Assembly (NCBI RefSeq): GCF_006345805.1
Contig: NC_043019.1
Location: forward strand, 8,617,360-8,681,359
Source of the DNA: Octopus sinensis
Taxonomy: Eukaryota
DNA: 64,000 nucleotides
Reading direction: 5' to 3'
Shown here: positions 41,370 to 54,999 of the stretch, piece by piece
Position numbering within the stretch: the stretch's first letter is position 1
Layout of the letters: every line of letters begins with the position of its first letter
Position numbers and translations under genes: made by a program
The notes under the pieces: model-generated
What the model saw: the letters and a program-made list of their open reading frames with translations, nothing else
The model's database searches: none
Told to the model about the DNA's origin: nothing

Positions 41370-43009
41370 GATTCCAAATTCAGGGAGCGGAGCAGGGAAA
41401 ATCCAGCCTGCATACGTTTCCTAATTTGCAGATCCTCTGCTGTAAGAGATACTCGATGAGGGGCCCACAGCTACCTAATCATCAGGCCACCCGTAGATAT
41501 ATTGAATACATAAATACTTGTTCTTGAACGCCGTTTTCATACCTAGCACAGACTGCCGAAAGCTGACCATCTTCCTACACTTCGATCCTTGGATCTTATA
41601 TAGGTCGGTGTTTGGAATGGATTACAGTGAGTGAGCAGATGTAAGGCAGAATATATGCCTCAAAATGAATTACTATTGGAATGGTGTGCGAGGACTGTGA
41701 TGGAGAAATTAATATGGGGGCGTTTATGTATGAGTGGTTGAGGCTGGATCGCGAAAAGCTGTCGGTAATGCTCAAGGCTAAATTTCTGGGGGCGTACGGC
41801 TGTAAGGTGGAAATTGAACCTTGAACTCTATAGTCGCATACAGAACTTGATCACACAGACAGTATTAGGAGCAATCTAGTTTACTCCTGACTTTCAGTCT
41901 CGTAATTTATTGCTCTAACACAGCTTTCTTTGTCTTCATCTCTGATCTACTTCTCCCGTAATACCCTTTATCCTTTTCTTATATTTTCCTCATTTATTCT
42001 AGTATATCTTGTTTAACCCTGTCTTTTTCCTTTATTCTCAGATATCGAGATATTTTCACATTGAAATATATTCTGCTTCCTCAATTTCAGTATCGTTATC
42101 TAATGATGTACTACTTCTGTTGATGAGATATCTTCTCCTTCAGAAAGCGTCGAAGTCTTTGCAATAAATTGTCCAATATGAATGATCAACTTTCGCAAAA
42201 CGATTCTAGTTATTGCCATATAAAATATGGTTTATGACCATCTCACGTCAGTGATATCAACAAACGGTTTGCTTTTAACATAAAAAGTCAGAGGTGAGGT
42301 GATAATACAAAATGAAATAATGGCGACGACAGCCATTCTCTTTGTGAGGGGATTCCTCTGAAAATAAATATATTACCACCACCATCGTCACTGCCAAATC
42401 CACCACTACCAGCATCACCACCAGCCCATCATAATCATCATCATTAGAACTATTACTATTACTATTATTATTATTATTATTATTATTATTATCATTATTA
42501 TTATCATAATTATTAGACTTAAATTGCCGCGAAGGTCAGCAATTACTTGACATGCCTCTATTAAAATTATTATTAATTATTATAGTAATATTTATTCTGC
42601 AATAGTTTTATTTTTATTACTTGACACAGTACAAGTGATCGCAGCTTTCTTTATTTCTTGGTCGCCGGCAATTTTCGATTTGGTTTCATATATTATTTGC
42701 GATTGAAGCTATTAAAGGTAACATAAGTGCCGTGCCTAGCACTGTACACAAGCTACGGCGTATGTGGATTATGTGAGCTTATTATAGTAAATCCTGAGGT
42801 TAGCTTTTGCTACTTGCTATATCTGTTTTAATCCTCCCTAAAGCATCAATTATTGAGATGGGCCCAGTTGCAGTTCCTCCACTCTAGTTGCTCCCATTTC
42901 AAGATTTCTATATTTGCATAGTTTCGCCTAAACTTTTAGAAAATTTATTCAATAAACAAGGAGGATATTTACGGTGTTATAATCCGATATACTATAGACA
43001 CAAGGACTG

Positions 43010-43190
43010 GATTATCTGGAGAGGAGGACAATCAATTACATCAACCTTAGTACTAAACTGGTACTTATTTTATCAACTCCCAAAAGGAAGAAAAGCAGAT
43101 TTCAGATTGGTGGAATTTGAACTCAGAACCTAGCGGCAGACGAAATACCACTAAAGATTTCGCCTGGCATGCTAACGATTCTGCCAGCTC
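43010..43190 (-). mobile_element. SINE family A
   Basis: actggtacttattttatcaac...gaatttgaactcagaacctagcggcagacgaaatac...gctaacgattctgccagctcg. Confidence 0.85.
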
Positions 43191-43502
43191 GCAGACTTTA
43201 TTTACGTTGTTCTATTGATAGTAAGATAAGAACAGGAAATGAAATGGAAATCCTGAGTTTGAAAGAACCGTCTTGGCAAGCGTCGTTCTCAAAGGGTTTT
43301 CAAACAAAAGAACAGAAGGATACGCGTTTAGCTTCAAACTTTCATTTCATATTTAGACAATGGATATTGAAATAAAAACCTTGCTCGGTTTAGCAGTAAA
43401 TGATCGGAAATGAGTAACTCTGGACACTAAAATGAGGGACCACCTGTTAGCTTGAAGAGCACTTTGCATTTGTATTGAGGCCTGTAAATTATCACTTCCG
43501 GC

Positions 43503-43579
<77 letters not shown>

Positions 43580-44641
43580 GCACGGTTGCATAGATGCATG
43601 CAAGGATGAGATTTCTAAACCGATATCTAACTCGAGAAGTCATTAATAAGCCTTGGCTGATTTGATAGAAAATCCCTAAAATTATAAACAAATTAAGGGA
43701 GAACACGTAAGAAAATTTAGGGAAACTTAAATTTTATAGAATAAAAATATTAGGATACTGAATGGAAAAAGCAGTAAGGAAATAAAAAATAATGATACAA
43801 AATCCGAGACAGAATTTAGGAAGATAGGAAAATTCGAGAGTGAGACAGAGAGCGAGAGGTAGGGGGAGAAAAGGAGTGATGGTCACACAGATAAAGATGA
43901 GCAGAGGGAGGGAAAGAGTGAGAGTGAGTGAGTGAGTGAGTGGAAGAGAGAGGATAGGGGGGAGAGAGATGGCCACAGAAAGATAGATGAGGAGAGAAAG
44001 TGAAAGAGTGAGTGAGAGAGACTAAAGAAAAATACGGTAAACTAATAAAACGGTAAACTAAGAAAAGTCAGAAAAATAACGAAAGTAACCGAAAAAAAGA
44101 TATTGGCAAATGCAGTTAAAATGATTTAATTTCTTTTTTTTTTTAAGGAGGGGAAATGGACAGAGAAATAAAATAGAATTAACGAAAGAGAAATCAGAGG
44201 ACTGGAAAAAAAAAAGAGAGAAAACATAAATATTACAAATCAATGAAGATAGAAAAAGAGATTGGAAAACGGAATGTACATAAGTAGAATGTAATAGAGG
44301 AAAGATTAAAATTAGAGAGAAGGGAAAGAGAAGAGAAGAATTGGTACTAAAAAATGGTAGGAGAATGTAAGGAAACAAGAGGATAAAAGTACATGGAGAA
44401 GTAAAAAGTACAGGTAAGAAAAACCAAATGAACGCAGGTAAGCATTTAAGTTCATTAAATAAATGAGTAATTACTTGAGCACGGTGGTTACGTATATAAA
44501 TATAAATATATATATGTATATATATATATATATATATAATTTCTTCCCTTGTTATATACATGATATACTTATATTATATAATATATATATGCATGCATAT
44601 ATATAGGTATGTGTATGTGTGTGTATGTATGTATATATATA

Positions 44642-44717
<76 letters not shown>

Positions 44718-44959
44718 TATATACATATATATATATTCATACATAGTTAGAGATGTATAACAAGGTACATAGCACTCATGCACATTCAAACTTTTGTGTG
44801 TGTGCGCATGTGCTTCTATGTGTGTGTGTGTGTATGTGTGCGCGTGTCTATATATGCATATAAAGGGTGGAGCAGAGAGGACAGACGTTTTTTGAAAACT
44901 TGAAAAAATCATTAATTTTAGTTGCAAACAAATTTTATTGACATCAGTGTGTTTGTATT

Positions 44960-45500
44960 GAATTAGCATTTGGCAAAAGTGGGGAACAGAACATCCATCA
45001 TGTGGTGTCAGGTTTTCATTGATGCATTTCTGAGGGTGTTCTTGGAAGTTGGTCTCCAATATCTCCAGGAATGCTCTGTCGATTTGGATGGCTTCTGCGC
45101 GAATAGCTTCCTTCAGATCATCCGATATACGGGGTTTATGCGTATTCAGGTTTCTTGCCTTCAGGTTGCCTTCAGGTTTCCCCACAAGAAATAATCACAC
45201 ATAGACAAACAACTCATTAACAAAATGAGATTTTCGTTTACCACAAACATTCTTTCCACCTGACGTGGGAAGTGAAGCCACTGTTCATAATCCCATGGTT
45301 TCAACTCTTGCCCAATGACCAATTTGTACTGATGAAATTACAGGTTTTCATGCAGAATACGGCTTACCGTATTTTCCATTACTGATTACCGATGCCAAGT
45401 TCAGAGGAACGCCTCCGAGAAGAGCGATCCAGACTCCGTATCAAAGCTTGTCTGATGCGTTCCACATTTTCAGGTGTCCATACCGTTCGTGGTATGGACA
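44960..45500 (-). mobile_element. Internally deleted Tc1/mariner transposase, DD41D/rosa-like
   Basis: RTVWTPENVERIRQAL..SSRRRSSELGI; TVSRILHENL*FHQYKL..QELKP..NLILLMS joined directly to CDYFLWGNLK...KPRISDDLKEAIRAE..NFQEHPQKCINEN. Confidence 0.8.
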
Positions 45501-45539
45501 CAAACTAAATATATCTCTTTCTGTGTATATATATATACT

Positions 45540-45995
45540 ACCAAAATATGACCTTTTTGAACTTATAATTTTCAGTGTATATATATATAGATACTGCCAA
45601 ACAAACGTGATTTTTTATGAAATCCTAATAGGTTTTATGAACTTAATAATTTCTCAAAAACATTTTTCTGTAAACTGTTTTTAACATCATATTACTATTA
45701 TCAGAGTATTGCAACATTTTGTGCCCAATATTTTAATGAACTTTTCTATATTTTCCCAAGATTTTTCCTTGTAAACTGTTTTTAACATGTGCTTATTATT
45801 ATCAAAGAACGCATATATGTATCGTAATATTTTGTGACAGCCAGTACCTAACACAACAAAGCTTTTACATGTTACGTTTGACAATCTTTACTAAAAAAGT
45901 GAAACCGGTCAAGTAAATAAACATCTTTTAAAACTGCATTTTCAAACCTTCTTTCATATATAATTCTACTCGTGCGGTACCTTACAACTTCATTT
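45540..45995 (+). mobile_element. Non-autonomous repeat, probably Penelope-like-element derived, carrying a hammerhead-like motif
   Basis: 45870-45990 matches the arms at 58590-58710 (reverse) and 59270-59356; internal imperfect duplication near 45660-45830; flanked by (TA)n. Confidence 0.6.
45872..45916 (+). ncRNA. Type I hammerhead-like motif, U3-A8 core variant
   Basis: UUACGU-UUGACAA-UCUUUACUAAAAAAGU-GAAAC-CG-GUC-AAGUAA. Confidence 0.5.
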
Positions 45996-45997
45996 TG

Positions 45998-46122
<125 letters not shown>

Positions 46123-46500
46123 TAGATATACATATATATATCTATGTATGTATATATGTAATTTCAAGCAGTTACCATTGAGATAAAAACTATTTGTGTT
46201 ACAATGTTTAAAATAACAAAAGGGTTCAGTGATTCGCTCTAGTGGATTCTCAGACGGGCAGCCCTGCCCCTACTGGCTTCCTTAAGACAAATACCGAAGT
46301 GCGATAGCCTTATCTAAAAATAAACACGATCATTGACTAAATATAAATGCCTGCATCAGTGCCAAGAATTCCATGTATATATATATGTTCCATATATATA
46401 TATATATAAATTGATCAAAATAAATTGATCAAAATTGATCACCACCTACACCACCAAACGGTATACACAGGTGCTTATAATTATCAAGTACTCACCCCGA

Positions 46501-46540
<40 letters not shown>

Positions 46541-47649
46541 TGATGTATTCGTGCACATACGCTGATATATGTAGAAAGTCAATTTCTATTTGTTTATTCC
46601 TCTTTATATTGTGAGTAATTTTATAAAACTGCCATAAAACCACCCGCAGTTACCACTTGGTGTCCCTTCTTCTCAATCCCTTTATTTTAGATGCCACCAT
46701 TCTTTAAATCGTCTCTTTTGAAAATTTCCTATTCCTCGCCCTTTCCTCTTTTTCTGTGTTTCATAAAATTTCCACCGTGGATTTTGCTGATTGCTTTGTT
46801 GTTGTTGTTGTTGTTGTTGTCTAATTTCTTCCTCCATTCATTTGTTGTTGCCGTTTATCTGGAGCAGGTGTCGCGTTTTATCTCTCCTGCTTGTGCTTCT
46901 TTGAAATCTATTTAATCCAACTTAGACTTGAAAGACAGTTCACATAACAACGCTACATGATTTATACTTACTCTACATACTTGTACTCTTCATTCTACTT
47001 TACCTTCTTCTTCCTCCTCCTCGTCTCCTCCCTTCTTCTTCTTCTTCTTCTTATAATACTACTACCACCACCACCATCAACACCACTACTACTACTACTA
47101 CTGTCAATAGCATATAAACTACGCTTAAATAGAAAGACAGATATATTACATACAACAGAAGATTTATCATTGTATCGACCAGATGAAGGAATCGCCTATA
47201 GAGTCACTCGACCTGCCTGAAATAGCAGCTATATTTCCCTCTGAACTAACGCTACTGCATCAGATATTGCGCCGATGCATTAGGTAATGTAGTCATGGAG
47301 AACAGCCAAAAAGAAAGTACGGTTGCTGCCAGTATATGGTAAATTACAGGAACACTACGATCAGCGTTTAATATGTCGCTAAAGTCAAGTGATTGAATGT
47401 GTGTGTGCGTGTGTGTGCGTGAGTATAAGTGTATTCATGTGTTTGTGTCTGTTTGTGTACGTTTGAGTACTTTCCCTTCTCGATAAGCGGAAATTCGTTA
47501 TCCTTGACCTCGTGGGTATCAATTTGTAGGGAGCCGTAAGAAATAAGAACGCATTATAACACTGTATCGATAAAATTATCGGTTGTTTTTTTGTAATCAC
47601 ACCACAAGTTACATTGTGCTTTATCACATAGTTCCTACCTTCGAAAGAA

Positions 47650-47860
47650 GCCAGTCCTCTGGCTAAGCAGGGAGGCAGGGCATCGTATCCCTTGAATGGA
47701 TTGCTACTCCGTTGCAGCGTTAAACATTTACACCTAATTGGACTTGAACAAAGTGGAACTAAATGCTTTTCTCAAGAAAACATCGCACCGCCATTCTGGA
47801 ATTTGAATCTACGATCTTGCGATCACGAGTGCAACACACTAACCACTTTGTTACGGGTTT
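47650..47860 (-). mobile_element. tRNA-derived SINE, further family
   Basis: Minus-strand head agtggttagtgtgttgcactcgtgatcgcaagatcgtagattcaaattcc...ggtgcgatgttttcttgagaaaagc. Confidence 0.7.
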
Positions 47861-47884
47861 TTGCAGGGATTATACACAAACTGG

Positions 47885-48130
47885 ACGGACATGGTTAGAG
47901 TAGTGGACTCGAATCTCAGACCGGATGATGTGTGTGCTTATGAGTGAAACACCGATGCTCCACACGGCTCCAGCTGACTCTTTCGCCACAACTTTCTTTC
48001 ACTCTTTCTCCCTGCATATAGCAGCTCCCTTGCGACGGACCGGCGTCCCGTCCAGATGGGGAACCCATACGCCAATGAAACCGGGAAACCGGTTTTTATG
48101 AGCCAGACATGGCTCCAGGAGGAACAAACA
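47885..48130 (+). mobile_element. SINE with V-SINE/MetaSINE-like core
   Basis: tRNA-like head ggttagagtagtggactc, then tgcgacggaccggcgtcccgtccag resembling the V-domain tgcgatggactggcgacctgtccag (recalled). Confidence 0.5.
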
Positions 48131-48224
48131 AAAACATACACAATCGATTAATGATTTTGTCCGTTCACCTCCTCTTAGAAATAGAAGGAATCTTCCGCAT
48201 TAAAATAGTCATTTTAAATTTGAT

Positions 48225-48420
48225 TTGAAACAAGGCTAAAATCTTCGCGGGAAGAGGTAAGTCAATCACATCGAGACCAGAGTCAAATTAGTTTATATTT
48301 TAGCGACATTGAAAGGAGGAAAAGGAAATTCAAATTCGGCGGAATTTGAACTCTAAAGAAATAAAGGCGGACTGAACACCACCAAGCGTTTTAACCGGGT
48401 GTTAAGAATGTTGTCGGCTC
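48225..48420 (-). mobile_element. Diverged SINE family A
   Basis: aaaggaggaaaagg...ttcggcggaatttgaactc...aagcgttttaaccgg. Confidence 0.65.
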
Positions 48421-48704
48421 CCTCGCGTTACCACATTAACTTGTTGACAAATTACTAACTGAACTGAAATCGTATGGCATGTTAGGGAACTCAAACAGAA
48501 TTCTTGCATATATTTCAAACTCAACGGAAATAATAATAATAATAATAATAATGATATTAAGATATTAGTAAAGCTACGTATTGTAAAATACTTCCATTGA
48601 TTTATCCAGCGTAGTAAACTTTCGAAAGTGTTTTGAAAATACTTTTGTTATAAGCACCAATATAGAACCATATATTTCCATATTGGTGCGTGTGTATGCA
48701 AACT

Positions 48705-48773
<69 letters not shown>

Positions 48774-51210
48774 TTACATATATTGCGCAATTGGTTATCA
48801 AGTGAAACACATTTTGTTCAATTTTACAGCTAATTAGTCACCCATTAGAGTATACCCCTGCAGCCAAAAGCATTTACCCAAAATACCCCCATAACGTAAA
48901 CACTGTCATATAATTATTAATAAACCTCGAAATATTCGTGTATATGTTAGAAAATTTAATCCAATTTAGTTTTACTTTATAAACTTACATATATTATATA
49001 TATATATCTGTCTCTCCATTTTTCATTCACTCTCTCCCCCACTCACTCACCCTTTCTGTTTTTCTCCTTGTTCACTTTTTCTCTTTCTCTCTCCATATAG
49101 AAAGTGAGAAAGAGAGAGAAATAAGGAGGGAATGAGGGAGATCTATAGATAACTAGACAGGTATAATGTTGATAGAAACATTCTTATCTACACATGTATT
49201 TATAATTATATTCATAAATCCGAGTACATGAATATTCATATACACACAAGCTTACACAGAGACTGAAAAAAAATCAAGATATTGCATCATTTCTTATTTA
49301 ATTACATGTACATTTGTGCCTGTCTTACTTTACATACATACATATGTATATATTTAGGTAGTTATACATCTGTACCTGTGTACATACCTATTTGTTTGTA
49401 AAAAAAGAGTGCGTTCTGTATTCATAGTGGCTGTTAATATGTCCATATTGCGGCTCTGAATTTAATGTTGATGCAAACATTTCTTCGTTCCATGCTATCG
49501 AGAGAAATAAAAAATATCCGAATTCTTCCGTAATATATTTATTAGTTTAGAATGTCCAAATAGTGTTCGAATATTTCTAAAAATTGCCTATGAACATTTA
49601 AAAATTCTTTTTGTTGTTCTTTACGATATTAGAAGTATGTTACACGATCTGTTTTCTTTTGACGCACAAATTATTTTAGAGCCCTTACCTAATAGTGATG
49701 AACTTTGAGGAAAATGCAACAGAACACAATATCCTCTAATTTGCGAATCTGCGTAACTTTCATCTAATAAGTTTGAGTCAGACCCATGTATTCGTTTAGA
49801 TAAAATAAAAAATAAAAAGGAAAACACTAAATATGTTTTTTTTTCCTTCCCGTCATATACTTGAAACTCTGACCGAGTAAACCAATGCCCCAAATCATTT
49901 CAAACTTGACTGCCGTCGCCTTATTTCAGATATGATCAATCTAGCAATTCACAAGTGAAATATTTCTCGTACATTAAAAAAATATAGGGTTTTGTTTGAG
50001 AGAACTTTTTGATAATTTTTGAACGTACGCTTAGAGGCTCGCTCCTTGCAAGTTCCTTCTTCATCTTGGGGACAGGAGTAAGAAACGATGTGTCGTTACT
50101 ATTTACAATTTTCGGGACACAAGATAATTCTATAGGGGTTTGTAGTCTGAAATGGATATTTCAATATCTCAGTTGTAGAGTGTTTTAAAGTTGATAATGA
50201 TGCGTTCTTATTTCGTGACTGCTGGAACGAAAGAAATCTGGTGAATAGTATTACGTAACCTACCCGAAGAATATTGAAACAGAGAAGAAAATACTCAAGT
50301 TCAACCAAATAGTAAGAGTAAAGGTACCAGCATACATATATGCAGAGGAGATGAAGGCGATAGTAATTGAAGAGGAAAGTTATAAAAGACAGCAAGAAAT
50401 GTGTGGAGATAATATCGACGCATCAGGAATAAGGGTGGAATTCAAAGAATTGCCACCAGTAGTGGATTTCGTAGAGATCGAACCACTAATGAAATGTTAT
50501 TAAATAATAAATAAGTATGTCAGAGCGACAGGAAAAAAGAAAAGAATAAAGAAAAAGGAGGAACAAAAGAAAGAGTAAGTGTTTTATGTTATGTTTAATA
50601 ATATCGGAAAATAGAACAATTTTAGAGAACGTATATAACGGTTCGAATAACTGTAATGGCTGACGATAATTAATTGTATGTCAACACATGATAAAAACGG
50701 ACAGTTTAAAAATATTAATGGTAATGCATGTGATGAGGGGCGCATGCAGCCATTCATAACCCCATTATTGTATGACCATCTCATCATATTCGTTCTATGT
50801 ATTGTCCCCTCTGTGGTGTCCTGTCTGTCCTTGTTTGTCTCCCTCTATGTTTGGGCCCTTGTAGCTAATAAAGAAACTGAAAGAAAGTAGGTAAGTTATT
50901 CGCTGAGGCTTGTCCTGGCATTAATATTTGCATAATAATTAACTACACTAACATTACCCGAAGAAAAACTTGTGGCAGTGTTAAAATAAATATCGAAATA
51001 AGTCATCAGTGCATATGAAAAACAATGCTGTATATGATCCGGATGCTTACCCTTGAGTTCAAATCTCGTAGTAGCTAACTTTGTTTATTTTTTCAGTGTT
51101 CGTGAAATAAATACCATTTCAACGCAGCTATTTTAAAAATTGTTCCGCCTCTTTTCGCTCTCCTGTTTTAAAAATTTAATCTGGTACTCGATTTTACATC
51201 AGTACCTTAC

Positions 51211-51310
51211 CTATGCATATTTTTAATGGAGGTCTCTCTCTGGGACAATTTTGTGAACCAGGTCTTTCTTCTCTGCGTAACTTCTCTTTATTTTATCCAT
51301 GAAGACATCT
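51211..51310 (-). other. Exon-like 100-nt segment with stops in all frames (UTR, non-coding or stop-containing exon)
   Basis: Very strong acceptor (T)10cttcAG and donor TAG|GTAAGG; purine-rich interior. Confidence 0.35.
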
Positions 51311-52160
51311 CTGAAGAAAAAAAAATGTCATGGAGTAATCTAGTCTCTTCCAGTTTAAACATTAAGAATAAACCGGTGACCCAATTGTGTCAACCACCCA
51401 ACAGACTTACAAAATACATCCCTCAATTAGTTTTCATTCTGAAAGCTTATTATTCGAAATCAGGTTTTTATAGACGACACCATATGAAGTTACTGCACAG
51501 CAGGATAATTCTGAAAACATATAGAGGCGAATAACTAATTTATTATGCTCTTATCCATTCTTACTTGTCGCATATTAGCAGCTTCTATCTCAATAAGTGT
51601 AAAGCTTTAAACTTGTGACACATACCGATTCTAATCAATTATTTCCAAGACTCACCATTACGAAGCCAATGAATACTGTTTATATGTTTCCATGGTTTAG
51701 CAGCTGCTTCAGTCATTTCACTGTCATCAAAACAATGTATGTTGTTCGTTATTATCATTTAGCTTTAGGTTACTTACAATTAATAAGATATATAACGAAA
51801 AACGTTTAAAGGTTCAACATACGTTTAATTGTTCTATTTTGCTAAGACGTTAGAGTTTAACTGCATTAAGCTATATTTCCGATATTTATTAAATGGAATT
51901 ATCGTAGAAACATATTTTTTACATACAGGCACCAAAGGGGATCTGTTCGTGAAAATGTGACGCTACAGATGCTCCTAGCAATCCTGGCATTTCCCTTTTG
52001 TATATCTAATATAACCCAGCAGGTAAGATGGACAATTTGCCATCGAGTCATTGCTATCAAGAAAAGACCGGGGTTGACCTCTTACAGCTTTTCAACTCAA
52101 AGTCTGACCTGAAAGACAGAAATTGTAATGTTTCGTCTGTCTCTCTTCAACTACGTGTGC

Positions 52161-52202
<42 letters not shown>

Positions 52203-52460
52203 GAAAAGAGAGAGAAAGAGTAAGACATATAAATAGGTATATGTATGCATGTATATATATATATATATGAGAATTTTGTACTTCGCTTGATGCATTGTGT
52301 AATGTTTGCAAACAATAATAATAAATGGTAATAATGTGTTTGGAATGGCACCAAAATGCACTGTAATAACAACAATGGTTTAAAATAACTGCTGTAATTT
52401 AATTATCCATAGTCTGATATAGTATTTCGGAATATAAAAATTTCTTCTTACACACACACA

Positions 52461-52529
<69 letters not shown>

Positions 52530-52944
52530 GGGAGACTGGGGGAGAGGGAGACAGAGTCGTCAACGTTGACATGTATGTGTGATGTATGTGTCAGAATCTG
52601 CATGGTTTTGTTGATTGGATATTTAAAATGCTGCCATGATAGTTTTGGATCTGGCTAAGTTGAAATTTCCAGTACAGCTGCTTTGGAACTGCCTGATAAA
52701 AATGGTTAGTTGGTTGGTTGGTTATGTAGTTAACTAGTTATTTACCTGCTTACTTAATAATTTAATGAATTAGTGTATGAGTTATTTGGTTATTATTTAT
52801 ACAGCTAATTATTTAGACAGACAGGCAGATATAGATAGATAGATACATACATACATACATACATACATGCATGCATACATACAAACATACATACATACTT
52901 ACATGAATGCATACATACATACATACATACATACATACACACAT

Positions 52945-52990
<46 letters not shown>

Positions 52991-53876
52991 AAGAGAGATT
53001 GAGAGAGAGAGATTGTCAGTTAGTTATCTAGCCACTTCTGAAATGCAATACAATGTATTTTGAGATCATAATAATGTAATCGATTCAAGAAGAGTTAGAT
53101 TTAACATAATATAATATTAGCAAATCCGAGAAAATTACAAAATGCAAATCTTTCTATGAAATTAATTATAAATATCGCCCAGGTCTGCGTGCGTTTCTGG
53201 CAATACTTTGTATCTTTCTCAGTAAGAAAAATATATTCCTTTCGTGTAGGTAATCTAATTATATACACCTGGGATCTTCCAATATGCTGACGGTAGAGGC
53301 GTTAAGTTATAGTTTGAAAATGCTGTCCCCGATCAGCGAATGAATCATGCGGACAACAAAGATGAAGATTATTCTATGCACACATCTGTTTATTTTGCTG
53401 TACAAACAGAGGGCTTTTGCAAGTAAAAAGATCTAATAAAACATAAAGAATATGGTGTCTGTATGAATGTGTTCACGTGCGTATCTGAGTTGGCGTAGAT
53501 AAATAGAGTGTTAAACGCTTATTGTAAGGGGTTTTTATTTACGTGTTTAAGACAAAGAACTTCAATGTTGTTATTGCACGCTTGCTGAGGGAATGGCGGA
53601 ATTAAGTCAGTGCAGGTAATTTATCATGTTGAATTACAGCTGGTAAATATATTCCACGTATACGTATATGTGTGTGTGTTTGTGCGTGTGTGTGCATGTG
53701 TGTGTGTGTGCATGTGTGTGTGTGCGTAAAAGTGTCTTCGTTCTTTCGTTTTTATATACGTAAGTGTGCGTGGATGTGTGTCTTTCATCCGTGTGCTTAC
53801 ACGTACATGAACATACACACACACACACATATATATATGTAAATATATATAGATACAGACATTCAGATATCTATCA

Positions 53877-53907
<31 letters not shown>

Positions 53908-53954
53908 CGTATATGTATACATCTATATATATATACATATATATATGTACATAC

Positions 53955-53998
<44 letters not shown>

Positions 53999-54000
53999 CA

Positions 54001-54036
<36 letters not shown>

Positions 54037-54341
54037 TATATGCATATATATAGATAGTACAAGATTTCATATGCATGCATATGGATATATATGTGTACAA
54101 GTATTTATATATATATATTTATTTGTGTGTATGTGCGAATGCTTGTGCATACATGTGTGTGTGTCTGTCCGTCAGTGTTAGTGTGTGTTTGTGTGTATTT
54201 GTAATGGGTTTCTCTGTGCGTTTCACAACACACGCAAACTACAGCGACGCCTGTGCTCCTATCGAAAAGTAATTAGCGTAAACATCTTGAAATTTTCAGT
54301 ACCGTCATCCTGATCTTTTTTACCGTCACTCTCCTCCTCCT

Positions 54342-54372
<31 letters not shown>

Positions 54373-54587
54373 AACAGTAAACCCCCCCACCGCCACCGCC
54401 GACAGTAACACCACAACCACCATCATCACCCAAACCATCATTATTTGTCATTATCCCCATCAGTAATGTTTGTCATTAAAATTTTGGAAAGTCATTAGTC
54501 CTTCCTTTTTTTATTTTTATTTTCTACTACTGATACTCTATGTTTCCTCACCTTCCTCCTCCCCTCTCCCCTTCTCTTTACATTTTT

Positions 54588-54630
<43 letters not shown>

Positions 54631-54794
54631 CATTACTACTACTACTACGACGACGACGACTATCACTCATGATCAACAGCATCAGCATCATCACCGTCAC
54701 GTGTTCGTTAGCAATTGTGTTCTTCATAGAATTTTGTCTTGCATTAATTATCGTAGACAACGACCGGCTCCAGCACCTACCTCGTTGTTGCTAC

Positions 54795-54832
<38 letters not shown>

Positions 54833-54999
54833 AAGTATGTGTAAATACATGTACATATATATATATATATATGTATATATAGAGAGAGAGGGAGAGAGAA
54901 GGATAGATAGATAGATACATATATGTTTCTGTATTTAATCATTTAAATTCTTCTCATGAAGCAGGAGCTGGTTTCTAACAAACGTACAAAGCACCATTT

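Noticed and set aside
50678-50890. 70-aa ORF with a hydrophobic segment
   Set aside because: Its 3' half is the SINE family A tail (gtccttgtttgtc...aataaagaaa).
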